DNA of 64,000 nucleotides from Styela clava. Its lineage: Eukaryota. The notes below the pieces were generated by a model. That model saw nothing but the letters and a program-made list of their open reading frames with translations, was not told the DNA's origin and did no database searches. Shown piece by piece: positions 61,461-64,000 of this stretch. Made by a program: the position numbers and the translations under genes. How positions within the stretch are numbered: position 1 is the first letter of the stretch; each line of letters starts with the position of its first letter. Where the stretch lies: the NCBI RefSeq assembly GCF_964204865.1, contig NC_135253.1, positions 6,758,001 to 6,822,000 on the forward strand, in the 5' to 3' direction.

Positions 61461-64000
61461 TGCGCAGTCTGGCTTCATTGTGAGAATATTTTCGAGGCAT
61501 CTTTGAGACTTGCCTGGGTCACAATTTCTATTTTTTTTTCAAATAGTTCTATTGAGGTTGTTGTGGGAGCTAGCGATTCCCACTTCCCAGCAATCTTTCG
61601 TTGTGGGAAGACCATTGTAATGGACGCAGGTCGCATTTTTGGTATTTCTTGTGTTTCTTCTTTATTGTATTCGAGAGAGTGAGATTAGTTATGGTGCAAT
61701 ATATGTGTTTACCTTGCACGCTATTGGCTGCGGCAATCGACCGACGACGACTCTTGCTCTGTAGTTAGTATCTTGTATTACTCTCTGTTGTGCGTGAGCG
61801 AGGCGAGCTAGTTATGGTGCAATCTGCTATTATCTACTTTGCCGGTCTTTTCAGGATTTAGACTTAGAGTGTATGTATTATGAGTAGTCTTAGATTACTG
61901 TTAGCTTATTATTTAGTAGGAATCATTATGTTAGGATATGCTGGGATTTATCTGTGTGTATTTACCAATTGTTTTTTATTTAGTTATTTAATCCCGGAAT
62001 CTATCACTATTTGGAATCAAGCTCATGCTTTCAAACTTTAACTCACACCTTTAACTGTTTAATCTACAAATTGGCTATTCTCTACGTGGGAGTGTTATCG
62101 CCGTATTGTTCTGTCGTGTATTCGAGTTGGAATATTACAACGAAGTTCTTTCAGTTGGTGTGATCTTGTGAGGTGTTGGGGTTCAAAAGTTCAGTAGTTC
62201 AAGACGGTGAGTGGGGACTGAATGTTACGAGCTTGCATTGCAAATTGTAGGAGAACCGGGACGTGGTACTTGATAGTGGTTGGGTATAAACGTAGCGCAG
62301 TTTGAGACTCCAATCCGTGCAATTTCAAACAATTTCAAATAATTAGATTGTCTCCTGGACAATTTCAAATAGAAGTGATTGTCTCCTACTGTCGACAATT
62401 TCAAATATATAGTTATTCTACAATTTGGAGAGAGATCTTTTGTCACATACCGTGGACAACTTCAAAGACAGAAAAAAGCTAATCAAATTGCAAGATGTCA
62501 GATGAGATGGTATTGTTTCTGAACTGAGAATGAGAAAGAAAAGATCTCGTGCGGGATATGAAAGCCACTTTACAAAGCTCCTGAAAACCACTGAGAATCT
62601 AATGCTGGATCAACAGAAATACAAAGAGGTTGTGGGTGCAAAAGAAGCTGTGGATGCTGCATTTGAGAACTGTATTGAAGCCTGTGAAAACTTTCGAAAT
62701 TCTGTCAGTACCGGTCTGGAAATGGACAAGATGGAGTTTGAAGAAGCTACTGTAAAGTGTGATGAAATTGCCAGGAAGAAAGCGGTATGTGATAAATTAT
62801 ATGGTGAATATTTGCAGCGATACAATGCTGCTGCCAGCAGGAATAACTCAGTGTCTAGTAAATCAAGAAAAACAAGTGTTGCTTCTCATCGAAGTAAATC
62901 TTCAAATGAATCATCTGTGAGATCATCAGTAGCTGCCAAAGCTCGACTGGATGCTAGGCTAGCTGATCTTCAAGCTAAACGTGAACGCGAACAAGCAAAT
63001 TTGGATAAAGAGAAATCAAACATAGAAAAAAGAGCCTTAGAAACAGAACTTGACATCAGAAATGTAGAAAAACGTGCACTTGACGCAGAATATCTTGCAG
63101 AAGAAGCAAAATTGATTGCTCAGAGTTTTGAACTAGCTGAAGGATCTATCATGAGTTCTAATTTGGATAGCAATCAACAATTGGAGTACGCAAGTTGTGC
63201 TTCTGAAGATGTTAGTGGGACAGAGCCACTGACTAAACTCAAATTTGTGAACATTTATGAACCTAAATCTAATGTGCCTTTTATGAAGACTGAGCCCTTA
63301 TCATTTGCGTTGCAGTCGATTCCTGAAAGAAAAACAGAGAACATTCCTATATCAAAGCCTACTGTGGTTTCCCCTGTAATGAAAGACTTTTCTGATGTTC
63401 GTGTGCCATTGATGACTTCAACATTGACCAGTGCTATAAACATGTCTAACCCTGAACTGCTGAGATCGTCCGAGGTTCCTGTTACATCGTTTGTACAATC
63501 CGGTAATGAGTAGCATGCCGGTGACGAGTTATGCCCCGGCCACAGGTGGTGTGTCGGTGGCGAGACATTTTCCAGTCACGAGTGGCGTGTCTGGAATGGA
63601 TGAATCTCAACGTGTGAGCAGTGTTCCTGTCCAGATGTTTACGATTCGAGTGTACCAGTGACATATTTGAGCTGTTCTGCAGTTCCTGTGTATCCGGTGA
63701 TTCCGACATCAACGGGTGAACATCTGAAAGTTGATCTACCGGAGTTTGATGGTGATCCATAGATATATCCGGAGTTCCTGAGTGAATTTACAGAAGCAGT
63801 TGATGTGGAAAATATACCAGCAAATCGTAAGCTTATCATTTATTTAAAATGTACGAAATGCATTGCCAGAGAGGCAATTCGGTAATGTGTAATTACTAAA
63901 CCATGGGAAAGGGGTTATAAGCGGGCCCTGGATATTCTAAATGAGAGGTTTGGCAGAAAACATATGAATATAGATTCCTTTACGAAAGAATTGATTGAAG
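61461..64000 (+). mobile_element. Second, degenerate BEL/Pao LTR retrotransposon (different family), truncated by the window end; candidate 5' LTR 61461-62299 (alternative 61616-62139)
   Basis: Gag homology downstream; candidate LTR has TGCGC...GCGCA termini. The 3' LTR is not in the window, so the boundaries are provisional. Confidence 0.7.
62530..64000 (+). pseudogene. Disrupted BEL/Pao gag
   Basis: Coiled-coil/Ser-rich ORF 62530-63513, then DLPEFDGDP*IYPEF...RKLIIYLKCTKCIAREAIR*CVITKP..GYKRALDILNERFG (stops at 63760-63762 and 63883-63885), which aligns with the Gag of the first element. Confidence 0.85.

Noticed and set aside
1-64000. CRISPR arrays, rRNA or prokaryotic operon features
   Set aside because: The sequence is spliceosomal-intron-containing eukaryotic DNA; no repeat-spacer array or rRNA-like segment was seen.

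Overview
AT-rich, intron-rich animal genomic DNA. An ascidian/tunicate origin is suspected from intron size and repeat types but cannot be proven from the sequence. Host genes were hand-spliced on GT-AG sites and all lie on the + strand: (1) a complete 9-exon kynureninase homologue that has lost the PLP Schiff-base lysine and other catalytic residues (candidate pseudoenzyme); (2) an 8-exon PIPOX/sarcosine-oxidase gene; (3) a ~1240-aa orphan membrane/low-complexity/coiled-coil gene enlarged by a recent in-frame intragenic tandem duplication; (4) three tandem 10-exon SLC46 (PCFT-like) transporter paralogues, the middle one carrying a single nonsense codon, with D/E/Q at the PCFT Glu185-equivalent site. 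Mobile DNA includes a full-length young BEL/Pao LTR retrotransposon (563-bp LTRs, ACGTA TSD) nested in a Helentron-type element, a second degenerate BEL/Pao at the window end, many Buster/Charlie-type hAT non-autonomous elements, Helentron-associated elements, LINE fragments and a degenerate Penelope-type hammerhead motif. The most striking signal is that neither BEL/Pao element shows a tRNA primer-binding site. In both, the sequence right after the (putative) 5' LTR is complementary to a segment inside the LTR, which suggests tRNA-independent self-priming.
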